A stretch of DNA of 62,206 nt, the filler included. It is 6 parts of 6 records of this genome, joined end to end, with 100 filler letters (N's around TTAATTAATTAA, not from the genome) between each part and the next. Parts side by side here need not be neighbours in the genome. Positions count along the whole stretch, not along the records: positions 23,326 to 36,485 come from SRR20825010_4692; positions 36,586 to 40,114 come from SRR20825010_4697; positions 40,215 to 47,023 come from SRR20825010_4698; 3 more parts are not named here. One strand, given 5' to 3'. Position numbers and translations under genes: made by a program. Positions 34,473 through 44,240 of this stretch are shown one piece after another. Positions within the stretch are counted from its first letter, which is position 1. The number at the start of each line of letters is the position of its first letter. The notes below the pieces were generated by a model. It made no database searches. It worked only from the letters and a program-made list of their open reading frames with translations, and had not been told where the DNA came from.

Positions 34473-35633
34473 ATGGCCCTTCACATTCAGTTTCAACAAC
34501 ACAAACCCATGTCACTGCAAGGGCAGTTCAGTTGCGAAGCCGGTCAGTTGTTGGCCCTGGTGGGGCCTTCCGGTGCAGGTAAGTCGTCCATTCTTCGCTT
34601 GCTTGCCGGCCTGATGAAACCTGCACAGGGTCGCATTGAAGTGGGTGGGCAGGTGTGGCTTGATACCGCCAAAGGCATTTTTCAAACCCCGCAGCAGCGG
34701 CGGGTGGGTTTGGTGTTTCAAAACTATGCCCTGATGCCGCACTTAAGTGCGGCGGCCAATGTCGCACTGGCTTTGCAGCACTTGCCCAAAAGCGAGCAAA
34801 TCATTGAAGCAGTGCAGTGGCTCAAGCGTGTGCGTTTAAGCGGCGATGAAGCCATGCGCAGGCCCGCCCAGTTGTCAGGCGGGCAGCAACAGCGCGTGGC
34901 ACTTGCACGCGCACTGGCGCGCGAACCGCAATTGTTGTTGCTGGACGAACCGTTTTCAGCGGTGGATCAAATGAACCGCGAAAGCCTGTACCGCCTGCTT
35001 GCCGAACTGCGCGCCGATTTGAATATACCGATTGTGCTGGTGACCCATGACCTGAATGAAGCCCGCATGCTGTGCGACAAACTGGTGGTGCTGGACCAAG
35101 GCGATGTGTTGCAGGAAGGCCCTGCATTCGAGGTGCACCGCAGGCCGCGCAATTCCCGGGTGGCCGATTTGGTGGGCATTCAAAACCGGTTTTATGGCGC
35201 CTGGATGGGCCCTTCTGAAATGCCCGGCCTTGGGGTGCTTCAATGGACCCGTTCGCTGGACACGCAGCAAGCCACGCCCGAAAATTCCATTCAATTGCTA
35301 ACCCGTGACAAAGGAAAAATTCCACCTGGTTTCCCCGTGAATTGGGTGGTGCATGCCGATGGCCTTGCCCTGAAACCCCAAGGCTACAACCTGCAAAGGG
35401 AGGGTTTTATTTTGCTGCCTGTGCATGTGGTGGGCCACCGCGACCTGGGGGAACTCAGCCTGATTGATTTGTCCATGGATGTTGCACCTTGCGAGGTGCT
35501 GAAGATGGCGGTGTCGGGTGCACAGCGTTTGGGTTTGAAAACGGGTGCGCCTGGCGTGGTGGAAATGGACCTTGGCTTGATCCACATCATGCCCAAGAAA
35601 CCCCACCCGGAATTGTCGAGAACGCACAGGTAA
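34473..35633 (+). CDS. modC: Molybdate ABC transporter ATP-binding protein
   Basis: GPSGAGKSS, VFQNYAL, LSGGQQQR, LLDEPF, VTHD. Follows modB. Confidence 0.88.
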   Translation: MALHIQFQQHKPMSLQGQFSCEAGQLLALVGPSGAGKSSILRLLAGLMKPAQGRIEVGGQVWLDTAKGIFQTPQQRRVGLVFQNYALMPHLSAAANVALALQHLPKSEQIIEAVQWLKRVRLSGDEAMRRPAQLSGGQQQRVALARALAREPQLLLLDEPFSAVDQMNRESLYRLLAELRADLNIPIVLVTHDLNEARMLCDKLVVLDQGDVLQEGPAFEVHRRPRNSRVADLVGIQNRFYGAWMGPSEMPGLGVLQWTRSLDTQQATPENSIQLLTRDKGKIPPGFPVNWVVHADGLALKPQGYNLQREGFILLPVHVVGHRDLGELSLIDLSMDVAPCEVLKMAVSGAQRLGLKTGAPGVVEMDLGLIHIMPKKPHPELSRTHR

Positions 35634-35718
35634 ATCAGGGGCTTGGTTTGTAAACGAATCTGAAAGTGACTTCTGCCCAGTACCAAGAGTTGGAGACATT
35701 TCAAAATAATTACAGACC

Positions 35719-36485
35719 ATGACCACAAAACTACACACTGCGCTGGCGATCAGCGCGCTGGCCTTGCTCGCCGGTTGCCTGGGCGGCGACGAAACTGCCT
35801 TGACTGCTGGTGGTGAAAGCCCCGGCACCATCAGCCCAAGCGAAGAAACAACCGTTGACCTGGAGCCCGGAGACGGCATCCGGATTTTGTCCAACCGCGC
35901 TGATTTGATCAGCGATGGCAACGCCTTGGTGGAAATTACCGCAAAGGACCCCGCCAACCTGCAAGTGGTTCGGGTGATGTTGGGCACCGTGGATGTAAGC
36001 GATCAGTTTTCCCAGCGGGAAAATGGCCGCTACATGGGGCGCATTCAAGGCTTGGCCTTGGGTGAAAACCGCATCACGGCTGTGCTTAAAAATACGGGCA
36101 GGCTTGTGGCCACCGTGATCAATCACCCCAACGGCGGCCCTGTGTTTTCAGGGCCACAGGTACAGCCCTGGAGCTGCACCGATGAATTGGCGGTGGATGC
36201 CCAATGCAACCAGCCAGCCCAGTTCAGTTTTCAGTATTTGCCAGCCGACAAGCTGCAGCATTTTCTGACCAATTCCAGCCTGCCTGACCAGGAGTTTGCA
36301 CCCACCTTCCTGCCGTACGACCCGGAAAATCCACCACCTGCCGATGACATTGCCGTGACCACGACCGACCACGGCGTGACGGTGCCCTTCATCATCCGCA
36401 CCGAACGCGGTGTGCAAAACCGCGACCGTTATCAAATTCGCACCCTGTACAACCCTGCTGAAGATTGGCAGCCCTGGAAGCCGCA
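35719..36485 (+). CDS. DUF6351 (tannase-like) secreted lipoprotein, 3'-truncated
   Basis: Lipobox LAGC, LSNRADLIS, NHPNGGPVFSGPQVQPWSC, TTTDHGVTVPFIIRTERG. Confidence 0.75.
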
Positions 36486-36585
36486 NNNNNNNNNNNNNNN
36501 NNNNNNNNNNNNNNNNNNNNNNNNNNNNNTTAATTAATTAANNNNNNNNNNNNNNNNNNNNNNNNNNNNNNNNNNNNNNNNNNNN
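36486..36585. other. Artificial contig-joining spacer
   Basis: 44 N + TTAATTAATTAA + 44 N. Confidence 0.97.
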
Positions 36586-37914
36586 AGTGCCACTGATAAC
36601 CATTTTGGGCAGCAGTTGAATGGTATGCTCTCTCTCTCTGGCCACCAGGGTGACTTCCTGCGGAATGTATGACTTCGCGGAAATGGTATAGGTCACGCTG
36701 TCTTCCGGAGCCCAGTCCCAGAGGTAGCTCCCTTTTTGGTCTCCGCGGCGGGGAATCTGGGAGTCAGGAACGTTTGAATGTTTGTTGTTGTACAGCGATT
36801 CGGTGCCGCGCCAGCCACTGATCTGCACGAAAGCGTCCGGGATGGGTCGGCCTTCGGGATCGACTATCTTCACGGAAAGTCGTTTGCCAGGCTTGAGAAC
36901 AAACTCAGGCTGCTCCATCGCAGCGGACACTTCCAGCATCCGCCGCTCAGGCTGATAGCCGGGAACGACGACGGTAAACGGATAGCTACCGGGCGCCAGA
37001 GGCAATGTCTGGAATTTACCCTCTTTCGAAATCTGCGCTTCAAAAGTCCCGGTATTGCTGTACGGCGAATCATGCCAGATGACCAGGCCTTGCGAAACCG
37101 GATCGCCGGCTGTATTCAGAACGGAACCGGTCACAGCGATACCGCGCTTCAAAACCAGTCGGGCACTGCCATCGCGAAGCAGGGGCGTTGTGAGTTGCTG
37201 CTGCTTTTGCAGTCCACCGGGTTGCGAGTCACTCAGGTAATCTTTGTGAAAGAAAGTGAGCTGGTATTGATGATCGTTTCCCGGACGACGTGCTGCGGCA
37301 TTGTGGAAAATCCATTTTCCCTCTTTGTCTGTTTTCACTGATGCTTCAGAATAGATGATCGGTTCAGGATTCACAGTCCAGACATGGGCAGTTGGCTGTG
37401 TTTCAATGTCAACGGTCACCCCAGGGATCGGCTTGCCGTTTTCATCGACAACTGTGCCGCTCAGCTGCGTGCCTTTGGCGAGTTGGAATTCATAGTTCTG
37501 GGGAATCAGGCGTCCCTCGTCATGGGTCCCTTGAGCAAAATTCACGAACTCGGAAACGTATCCTGCTTTCGAAACCCAGAGTCTTAAAATATAAAGACGC
37601 GCTGGCAAGGTCAGTATTGCGATACCGTTTGCATCTGTTTTCGTATCGCGATTGGGATTGCGAGGACCTTTGTAATCCTCCAGATACCAGAGACTGCGAT
37701 GAGTATTCGCATCCGCCAGGGGCTGGCCCTGTTCATCCAGTACCCGCACAATCATGGTTTGCGTTTTGTTGTCGGCACCGTTTTCCTCAGCTGCTTTCTC
37801 CTGGGCAGTCGACGGAACTGCGTTGCCTGCGGTGAGAGCCATGCACAAAATGACGAGCAGTAAACGTGTCAGTGAGGTTGACGTCCGGACGGTTTTGAAC
37901 CTCGTGAATGGCAT
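36586..37914 (-). CDS. Secreted protein with repeated carboxypeptidase-regulatory-like (prealbumin-fold) domains, 3'-truncated
   Basis: Signal peptide. Repeated units VLDEQGQPLADA, GTVVDENGKPIPGV, GSVLNTAGDPV, IVDPEGRPIPDA. Confidence 0.75.
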
Positions 37915-38034
37915 GAGCGCGCTCCACAAAATGGAGGAGTAGGACTAAGTTGCACCGGAATGGTACTGATGTGCCAGAATACTAATGTATATGTGCCAGG
38001 CCGTGCTGTCAAATAGAACCTGGCGAAATCTCAC

Positions 38035-39363
38035 TCAGCCTTTAGTATCACTGGCTGTTGCAGGTTGCTTTTCTAGGTAGTCTTTGATGTACAGTTCCTG
38101 CACGATGACTTTGCCTGCCGCCAGCAGAGGTGACGCGACCATCGCTCCCAGAAAGCCGAACAGCACGCCCATGATCGCCTGAAAAGAAATCAGCAGCGCG
38201 GGGGGCAGCGAGACCTGCTGTTCCTGAATGAGGGGCGTGATCAGATAACTTTCCACCAGCTGTAAGCCGATAAACGCAGGCACAACCAGCGCCGCGGTTG
38301 TCGGGCCTTTCGGCAGGGCAATCAGAATCGCCAGGCAGAAGGCAATCAGCGATCCGATATTGGGGATGAACGTCAACAGTCCGGAGATCACTCCCAGCGT
38401 TCCCGCCATCGGTACGCCAATCAGTGAGAGTACGAGCCACGCGCCCAGCCCCGTAATCACCATCGAACCAAAGCGTCCCAGCAACCAATGCCAGAGCGTG
38501 TCACCCAACTGATTCATCAGACCTTGAATGCGGTCCCTGCGTTCCGGAGGAAACAGAATGACGACACCATCACGGTACGTTTGCGGCGCGACCGCCAGGA
38601 ACAGCCCGACAAACAGAATCAGAACCGTATTGACGACAACACCAAAGGTCGATTTAAACATGCTGCCTACAAACGACATCGCCTGTTGCGCGGGCTGTGT
38701 CAGTGACTGGAAGCTGGTCTGCGATTGCTGCTCTTTCGTCTCAGGTTCTTTGGTCGAACCGGTTTGATTGTTCTTTTCAGAAACGTCCTGTTCCGCATTT
38801 TTCTGTGTTCGTTTTTCGTTCTGTGTGGAAATCATTTTCGCCAGAAAAGGAGTGGAGCGGATAACCGAACCAATGGATATATACTTGTCAGCCCATTCAT
38901 GAATTCGTTCGATTCCCTGATCGATCTGCTGATGGACTTCTTCAATTTCCTGGTTGATCTGCACAAAGAAAAACGTGGTGGTTCCCAGGCAAGCACAAAT
39001 CAGAATCAGCACAACCGCCGTCAGGCTGGCTTTGTAAGGCAGCGGAGTCCATTCGCTCAACTGGCGGCTGGTGTGGTTCAGGAATACCCCGAACAGCACC
39101 GCCATCAACAGCGCCAGAATAATCTCCCAGGCAATGACCAGCACCGCGGCAAGGATCACAACAAAAACGAGCGCTATAATTGCATGAGCCAGTTTGCTGG
39201 AAGAACCGGTTTGCGTATGCTCTTTCAGACGAACGACCTCTCGATCTCTTACCCCGGGCTGGTCTGATTGCGTACTGGTTTTCTGACCCGCCTGATGCAT
39301 TGATTTCAACTCAATTTCTGAAAAGGAAACGAACGCGTTGCTTAACGATGCCTCTTGTTGCAC
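38035..39363 (-). CDS. AI-2E family transporter
   Basis: Multi-TM protein with GLLTFIPNIG, QLVESYLITP, LFGFLGAMVASPL. Start uncertain (GTG 39363 or ATG 39300). Confidence 0.88.
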   Translation of the reverse strand: MQQEASLSNAFVSFSEIELKSMHQAGQKTSTQSDQPGVRDREVVRLKEHTQTGSSSKLAHAIIALVFVVILAAVLVIAWEIILALLMAVLFGVFLNHTSRQLSEWTPLPYKASLTAVVLILICACLGTTTFFFVQINQEIEEVHQQIDQGIERIHEWADKYISIGSVIRSTPFLAKMISTQNEKRTQKNAEQDVSEKNNQTGSTKEPETKEQQSQTSFQSLTQPAQQAMSFVGSMFKSTFGVVVNTVLILFVGLFLAVAPQTYRDGVVILFPPERRDRIQGLMNQLGDTLWHWLLGRFGSMVITGLGAWLVLSLIGVPMAGTLGVISGLLTFIPNIGSLIAFCLAILIALPKGPTTAALVVPAFIGLQLVESYLITPLIQEQQVSLPPALLISFQAIMGVLFGFLGAMVASPLLAAGKVIVQELYIKDYLEKQPATASDTKG

Positions 39364-39404
39364 ATGTCGATCGCAAAAAAAACTCCGACATCAGAACAAT
39401 GAAA

Positions 39405-39421
39405 CGCAAACAACGTGCCAA
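39405..39421 (-). promoter_or_regulatory. Sigma54 (RpoN) -24/-12 promoter
   Basis: Minus strand TTGGCACGTTGTTTGCG has exact GG-N10-GC spacing and lies upstream of the AI-2E gene. Confidence 0.7.
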
Positions 39422-39546
39422 CTCTCAGAAAAGAGTCAGATTCAATATCTGTCTGTTATCTCTATTATTCTATACGTAAAAATTCCGGAAAAACAGAGAA
39501 AAAATGATTATCTGGTCTCTGACCGCGCAGTCTGTGCGGTGGGCTT

Positions 39547-40113
39547 TCACCGATTTTCGGGAGACAGATGTTTCTCCCGGGCAGACTGAACGGCCTCAGC
39601 AGCGTCCTCCTGATCCCCGGCATCCAAGTCCGGACCTTCCTGTGTGGCCGCTGCTTCGGGCTCGTAACTCAGTTCCACAAGCAGCGGGAAATGATCCGAA
39701 CCGATGTAAGGCAGCGTGCGGATTTCTACCACGCGGAAGTCATCGGAAACAAACAGATAATCCAGCGGATATCGCCAGATCCAGGAGGTGGCATCGTATG
39801 TCGCAAACAGGCCGCGCCCTTTGCGGGGGTCGAGTAAACCACTGACTTCCTGAAACAGGTTCGTTGTACGCGACCAGCCGACATCGTTCAAATCACCCAG
39901 CACAATGGCACTTTTGTTCTGACTGACTTCTCGACCGGCGAGCACCAGCTCTGCATCCCGTTTAGTGGTGTCTTCTCCCGGTCGGGGAGGATTGGGATGA
40001 ATGGCAAACAGTCGCACTGCTTTCCCTGATCGCAGCAGAATGGTGGCATCGATGGACGGAATCTCCTCTTTCACCAGGCCTCTGACTTCTGCAGACTTCA
40101 CAGGCAGGTTGCA
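39547..40113 (-). CDS. Endonuclease/exonuclease/phosphatase family protein, 5'-truncated
   Basis: IVLGDLND, PLDYLFVS, GSDHFPL. Confidence 0.88.
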   Translation of the reverse strand, partial: CNLPVKSAEVRGLVKEEIPSIDATILLRSGKAVRLFAIHPNPPRPGEDTTKRDAELVLAGREVSQNKSAIVLGDLNDVGWSRTTNLFQEVSGLLDPRKGRGLFATYDATSWIWRYPLDYLFVSDDFRVVEIRTLPYIGSDHFPLLVELSYEPEAAATQEGPDLDAGDQEDAAEAVQSAREKHLSPENR

Positions 40114-40114
40114 G

Positions 40115-40214
40115 NNNNNNNNNNNNNNNNNNNNNNNNNNNNNNNNNNNNNNNNNNNNTTAATTAATTAANNNNNNNNNNNNNNNNNNNNNNNNNNNNNN
40201 NNNNNNNNNNNNNN
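40115..40214. other. Artificial contig-joining spacer
   Basis: 44 N + TTAATTAATTAA + 44 N. Confidence 0.97.
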
Positions 40215-40291
40215 TGTGGCATGCCCACGCTTCGTGGGCATGGAGTTGCGCACGATGAAGGCACATGCCCACGAAGCGTGGGCATGGCACA
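40215..40291. repeat. REP-like palindrome doublet (REPIN-type)
   Basis: CATGCCCACG-CTT-CGTGGGCATG (40220-40242) and its exact reverse complement (40264-40286), 21 nt apart. The arms extend to a 27/28 match. Confidence 0.8.
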
Positions 40292-40321
40292 CGATGCGGC
40301 GGGTTGAGTCCGGATCTGTCG

Positions 40322-42367
40322 CTACTCCGGTATCGCGTTGAGCGTGTACCACGCCTCGGTGGACCACATCTGGGTGCCGTCGTCGGCGGGCGGGTCGGTC
40401 ATGAAGTGGACGACGTGGCCCGGCTTGAGGCCGGGGATGACCAGCCGCACGCTCATTCGGTCGGGCGCGGGGATGGCTTGCCGGACGGTGAGCGTGGCGT
40501 TGTCGAGTTTGGGGCCGCCGTAGTCTGGCGTGGATTGGTAGCGCCACTGGGTGATGAGGTAGTTGGAGGGCGATTCGAGCCAGTCGCGCGACACGGGCCT
40601 GGTGAACTCGACGACGAAGCCGTCGCTGGTGGCGCTGATGGACTGGTACTCGAACGCGGTCTTGCCGGTGGGGCGGAGGCGTTGCAGGCCGGTGGTGGTG
40701 CCTCGCCAGTTCCAGTTGCCGCCGGTGCCGGTGCCGCCGATGTAGAGGCAGCCGTCGGGCCCTTCGAGGAGTCGGTTGACGCCGGCCTCGAAGCCCTGCG
40801 TGAAGCGGAAGACAGCGCCCTGGTATTCGCCGTCGACCTGTTCGAGGAAGACGCGGCGGATGCCGCCGGCGGTGAGCTCGCCCAGGTACATCTGCCCGGC
40901 GAAGGGGCCGGTCTTGATGAGCAGGGGGATGGTCGGTGAGTTGGCGCACTCGTTCTGGGGGAGCCAGACGGCGGGGGGCGACTCGCCGGTCTCGCGGAAG
41001 AGCGCGGGGTGGCCGCCCTGCGGGTAGCGGTCGCTTCTCTGGCGGCCGTTGTCGTGGCCGTAGAACCGGCCGGGCTGCATGTGGATGAGCTTGCTGGCGG
41101 GGAGAAACGCGCCCTGGTTGTCGGAGACGAAGATGTCGTCGTCGGGCCCGAGGCCGATGCCGTTGGGGGTGCGGAATCCGCCGGCGAGGTATTCGATCTC
41201 GGCGGTGTCGAGATTGACGCGGAAGCACGTGCCGCGGCCGTGGGGGTTGGGACCGTTGAGGGCGACGACGTCGCCGACGACGTTGTCGGCGGTGATGGTG
41301 TTGCCGAAGTAGATGCTGGTCGAGAGCGTGCCGTAGAGGTAGCCGTCGTGCGGCAGCAGGCCGAAGGTGAAGTGGTGGTAGTTGTCGCAGGGGATGTCGC
41401 AGAACTTCTCGCGGGTCTCGAAGGTGCCGTCGTTGTCGGCGTCGCGGAAGCGGATGATGGAGAACTTCTCGGCGACATAAATGTCGCCGTCGACGACGGC
41501 CATGCCGGTGGGGTCGTAGAGGCCCTCGGCGACTTTGGTGGGGCTGACCGTCGAGGGGTCGCCCTCGATGACGTCGTCCACGATCCAGAGCGAGCCGCGG
41601 GGGGCGTCGTGGAGGACGCCGTCGTTGAGCGGGTTGAAGGAGGTGAGGGCGAGGCGGCCGTCGGGGAGGAAGGCCATCGCGCCGACGAGCGGCTCGAAGC
41701 CCTCGGGGCGGAGGTCTTCGACGACCCAGCCGGGGTGGGCGCCGTCGAGCGGCATGCCGTGGCCGGGGCGGAGACTCTCGCGCCCGTCGAGGACGACCTT
41801 GCGCCCGGGGCTGGTGAGGCGCTGCGCATCGCGCTCGACGCGGAACGCCGACGCGGGGACGAGGGTGAACTCGGTCGCGCCGGGCGGCTTCCACAGCAGC
41901 TGCAGCGCGGCACCGCCGGCGCTCTCGAACATCTGGATGTGGAGGGGGTGCAGGCCGGGGGTGAGTGCGGCGGTGCCGTCCATGGCGGTGGCGGGGTGGA
42001 GGCCGTCGTGGGTGATGATGGTCTGCCCGTCGAGGACAAGCCGCGAGCCGTCATCGGAGACGAGGCGGAAGGCGTATTCGCCGCCGGTCTCGACGGCGAG
42101 GTAGCCGAGGACCTCGACGACGAAGAAGTCCGCGGGGCCGTCGAACGCGGCGTCGTCGGCGAAGTCGATCGTGTCGATGCGGGTGTCGCGGTTGGGACGC
42201 TGCTCGGGGGCCAGCGGGGCCAGCTGCTGCATGGGCCGGCCGATGGCGTAGAGGCGGTAGGTCAGGCCCGGCTCGAGGTCGGAGGCGGGCGGGACGGTCT
42301 GGGCGGAGACTGTGGCCGAGAGCGCAGCGATCGCGCCGGCGACGATTCGTGTCGTGGGGTGCTTCAT
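40322..42367 (-). CDS. Secreted PA14-domain protein with probable beta-propeller (sugar dehydrogenase-like) domain
   Basis: Signal peptide. PA14 motifs YAFRLVSDDGSRL and LQLLWKPPG. Propeller motifs GFRTPNG, SDNQG, QGAVFRFTQGFEAGVNRL. Confidence 0.8.
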   Translation of the reverse strand: MKHPTTRIVAGAIAALSATVSAQTVPPASDLEPGLTYRLYAIGRPMQQLAPLAPEQRPNRDTRIDTIDFADDAAFDGPADFFVVEVLGYLAVETGGEYAFRLVSDDGSRLVLDGQTIITHDGLHPATAMDGTAALTPGLHPLHIQMFESAGGAALQLLWKPPGATEFTLVPASAFRVERDAQRLTSPGRKVVLDGRESLRPGHGMPLDGAHPGWVVEDLRPEGFEPLVGAMAFLPDGRLALTSFNPLNDGVLHDAPRGSLWIVDDVIEGDPSTVSPTKVAEGLYDPTGMAVVDGDIYVAEKFSIIRFRDADNDGTFETREKFCDIPCDNYHHFTFGLLPHDGYLYGTLSTSIYFGNTITADNVVGDVVALNGPNPHGRGTCFRVNLDTAEIEYLAGGFRTPNGIGLGPDDDIFVSDNQGAFLPASKLIHMQPGRFYGHDNGRQRSDRYPQGGHPALFRETGESPPAVWLPQNECANSPTIPLLIKTGPFAGQMYLGELTAGGIRRVFLEQVDGEYQGAVFRFTQGFEAGVNRLLEGPDGCLYIGGTGTGGNWNWRGTTTGLQRLRPTGKTAFEYQSISATSDGFVVEFTRPVSRDWLESPSNYLITQWRYQSTPDYGGPKLDNATLTVRQAIPAPDRMSVRLVIPGLKPGHVVHFMTDPPADDGTQMWSTEAWYTLNAIPE

Positions 42368-42370
42368 GGA

Positions 42371-43339
42371 TCAGTGGCTCGCTTGGGGCTTCATGCTGTT
42401 GACCAGCTCGGTCTTGAGGAACTGGAGTTGGTCTTCGGTGATGTCGCGTTTAATGGCGCGGAGCATCTCGAGGAAGCCGTCGGCCTCTTCGGGCGCGGCC
42501 GGGTAGCCGATGTTCTGTCCGCCGGCGGAGCTGTGGGTGACGATCTCGCCTCGGGAGTCGAGGAAGGCGAACCAGGGGATGCCGCCGCGGGGTGAGTTGC
42601 GCATGTCGGTGAGCATCTCGCCGCCGCCGATGGTGCGGTCGGTGTCGATCTTGACGTCGATGAAGTGCTCGCCGAGGATCTCGATGATGTCCTCGCGGGC
42701 GAGGAAGGCCTCAAGCCGGTGGCACCACGAGCACCACGGCGCGCCGTAGTGCAGGAAGACGAGCTTGTCTTCTTCGCGGGCCCGGGCGAGGCCCTCGTCG
42801 AGGATGGCCGAGGCGCTGCGGTATTCGGCCTGGTGCTCGGTGAGAAAGGCCATGAGCTTGGCCGAATCGTGCGAGGCGTCGGGGTTGTCGGGGGCCTCGA
42901 GCGAGCCGGTCTCCTGGTTGGCGATGGGCGTGCCGTCGGCGCTCAGGACCGTGAGGAAGGGGACGCCGTTGCCCTTGAGGTCGGCGCCGAGCTTGGTGGC
43001 CAGTTCGATGTTCTTGTCGAAGCGGCCGATGTCGATGTGGACGAGGTCGTACTCGTAGAGCAGCTTGCGGCGGAGGTCCTTGTCTGCGCGCATGTGGTCG
43101 TTGAGCTGGATGCACCAGCCGCACCAGTTGCCGCCCCACTGGATGAGAACGCGGCGGTTCTCCTTGCTGGCCTTGGCGAGGGCTTCGGCGATCTGCTCGG
43201 AGGCGTCGGCGTTGACGTCGTAGAGCGTGGGCTCTTTGACGAGCCTGACTGGCTTGTCGGCGGGGGTCTGTTGCTGGGCGACGAGGGCGGGTGAGAACAT
43301 CGCGACACAGAGCAGGGTGGCGGCACAGCGGTTGAACAT
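42371..43339 (-). CDS. Exported protein with two thioredoxin domains
   Basis: Signal peptide. WCGWC...GVPF and WCSWC...GIPW. RBS AGGAG before ATG 43339. Confidence 0.85.
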   Translation of the reverse strand: MFNRCAATLLCVAMFSPALVAQQQTPADKPVRLVKEPTLYDVNADASEQIAEALAKASKENRRVLIQWGGNWCGWCIQLNDHMRADKDLRRKLLYEYDLVHIDIGRFDKNIELATKLGADLKGNGVPFLTVLSADGTPIANQETGSLEAPDNPDASHDSAKLMAFLTEHQAEYRSASAILDEGLARAREEDKLVFLHYGAPWCSWCHRLEAFLAREDIIEILGEHFIDVKIDTDRTIGGGEMLTDMRNSPRGGIPWFAFLDSRGEIVTHSSAGGQNIGYPAAPEEADGFLEMLRAIKRDITEDQLQFLKTELVNSMKPQASH

Positions 43340-43421
43340 GGCGGATCTCCTGAGGGTGCTCGGCGCAGTGTACCGCCTCGGTGGGCGCACACCATGCCGC
43401 GACCCGGTGTTCAGGACCCGG

Positions 43422-44216
43422 TCAGCCGAGGGGCAGGAGGGAGGGTGCGCGGCCTGAGAGCTTGTCTTCGACCACGGGCAGGCGTTCGGCGGCGCGTTCG
43501 AGGGATTCGATGGCCTCGTCGTAGGCCTGGTCGGCCGCGGCGGACCAGGCGCGGTTCATCGCCCGCTCGGCGGACGCGAAGACGTCCATCAGGCTGGCGT
43601 AGGACCCAAGGCCCATGCGGGCGACGAGCCGTTCGCGCTGCTCGGTGATGGGCGGGACGAAGTCGCTGATCGCTTCGCCGAGGCGGTCGGTGATGAGCGC
43701 ACAGGCGCAGCGGTTGTCGGGCTCGGCGGGCGCGTCTTCGAGGAGGCCGGCGACCACGGTCCGGAGTTGCAGGACGGCGTTCTCCGGTGACATCGCGTCG
43801 TCGGTCTCTGCGCTGGCCTCGGCGAGCTTGATGGCGCGGGCGGCGCTCAGGCGCGTGAGCATCGCGCCGGCGAGCAGGCCGACGCAGGCGATCGCAAAGT
43901 GCGGCAGGTGTGTCCAGCGGCTGAACTTGAAGGTCTTGACCTTGACGCGCTGGACGGGCTTGGTGCTCTCGGTCTGGAGCTGCGCGACGATTTCGGGAGT
44001 CAGCGCGGTGTCGGGCTGCACGATGGGGGCTTCGTCGGCGTCGATGCCGGCGACGCCGGAGAGCACCGCGTAGCTCTTGGTGCCGTCGGCCTCGGTGCCG
44101 AGCAGGAAGTGGTCGGCGCCGCCCGATTCGGGGAACTTCCACATGTACGCGGTGGTGGCGGAGACGGCCCCGACGCCGAGCGAGACCCAGATGAGGATGA
44201 ACGCGAGCAATCGCAT
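43422..44216 (-). CDS. Hypothetical membrane protein (2 TM plus cytoplasmic helical domain)
   Basis: High-GC codon usage, two hydrophobic segments, RBS GGAG. Starts 24 bp after the OPT gene. Confidence 0.7.
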   Translation of the reverse strand: MRLLAFILIWVSLGVGAVSATTAYMWKFPESGGADHFLLGTEADGTKSYAVLSGVAGIDADEAPIVQPDTALTPEIVAQLQTESTKPVQRVKVKTFKFSRWTHLPHFAIACVGLLAGAMLTRLSAARAIKLAEASAETDDAMSPENAVLQLRTVVAGLLEDAPAEPDNRCACALITDRLGEAISDFVPPITEQRERLVARMGLGSYASLMDVFASAERAMNRAWSAAADQAYDEAIESLERAAERLPVVEDKLSGRAPSLLPLG

Positions 44217-44240
44217 TGGGAGACTCCGTGAGAGACCAGA

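Noticed and set aside
40215-40291. Possible CRISPR array remnant
   Set aside because: Only two units, inverted rather than direct, and no cas genes. It fits a REP doublet better.
40167-42595. Long Arg/Pro-rich, Ser/Thr-rich and antisense ORFs overlapping the PA14 gene
   Set aside because: Alternative frames of GC-rich coding DNA with no independent features.
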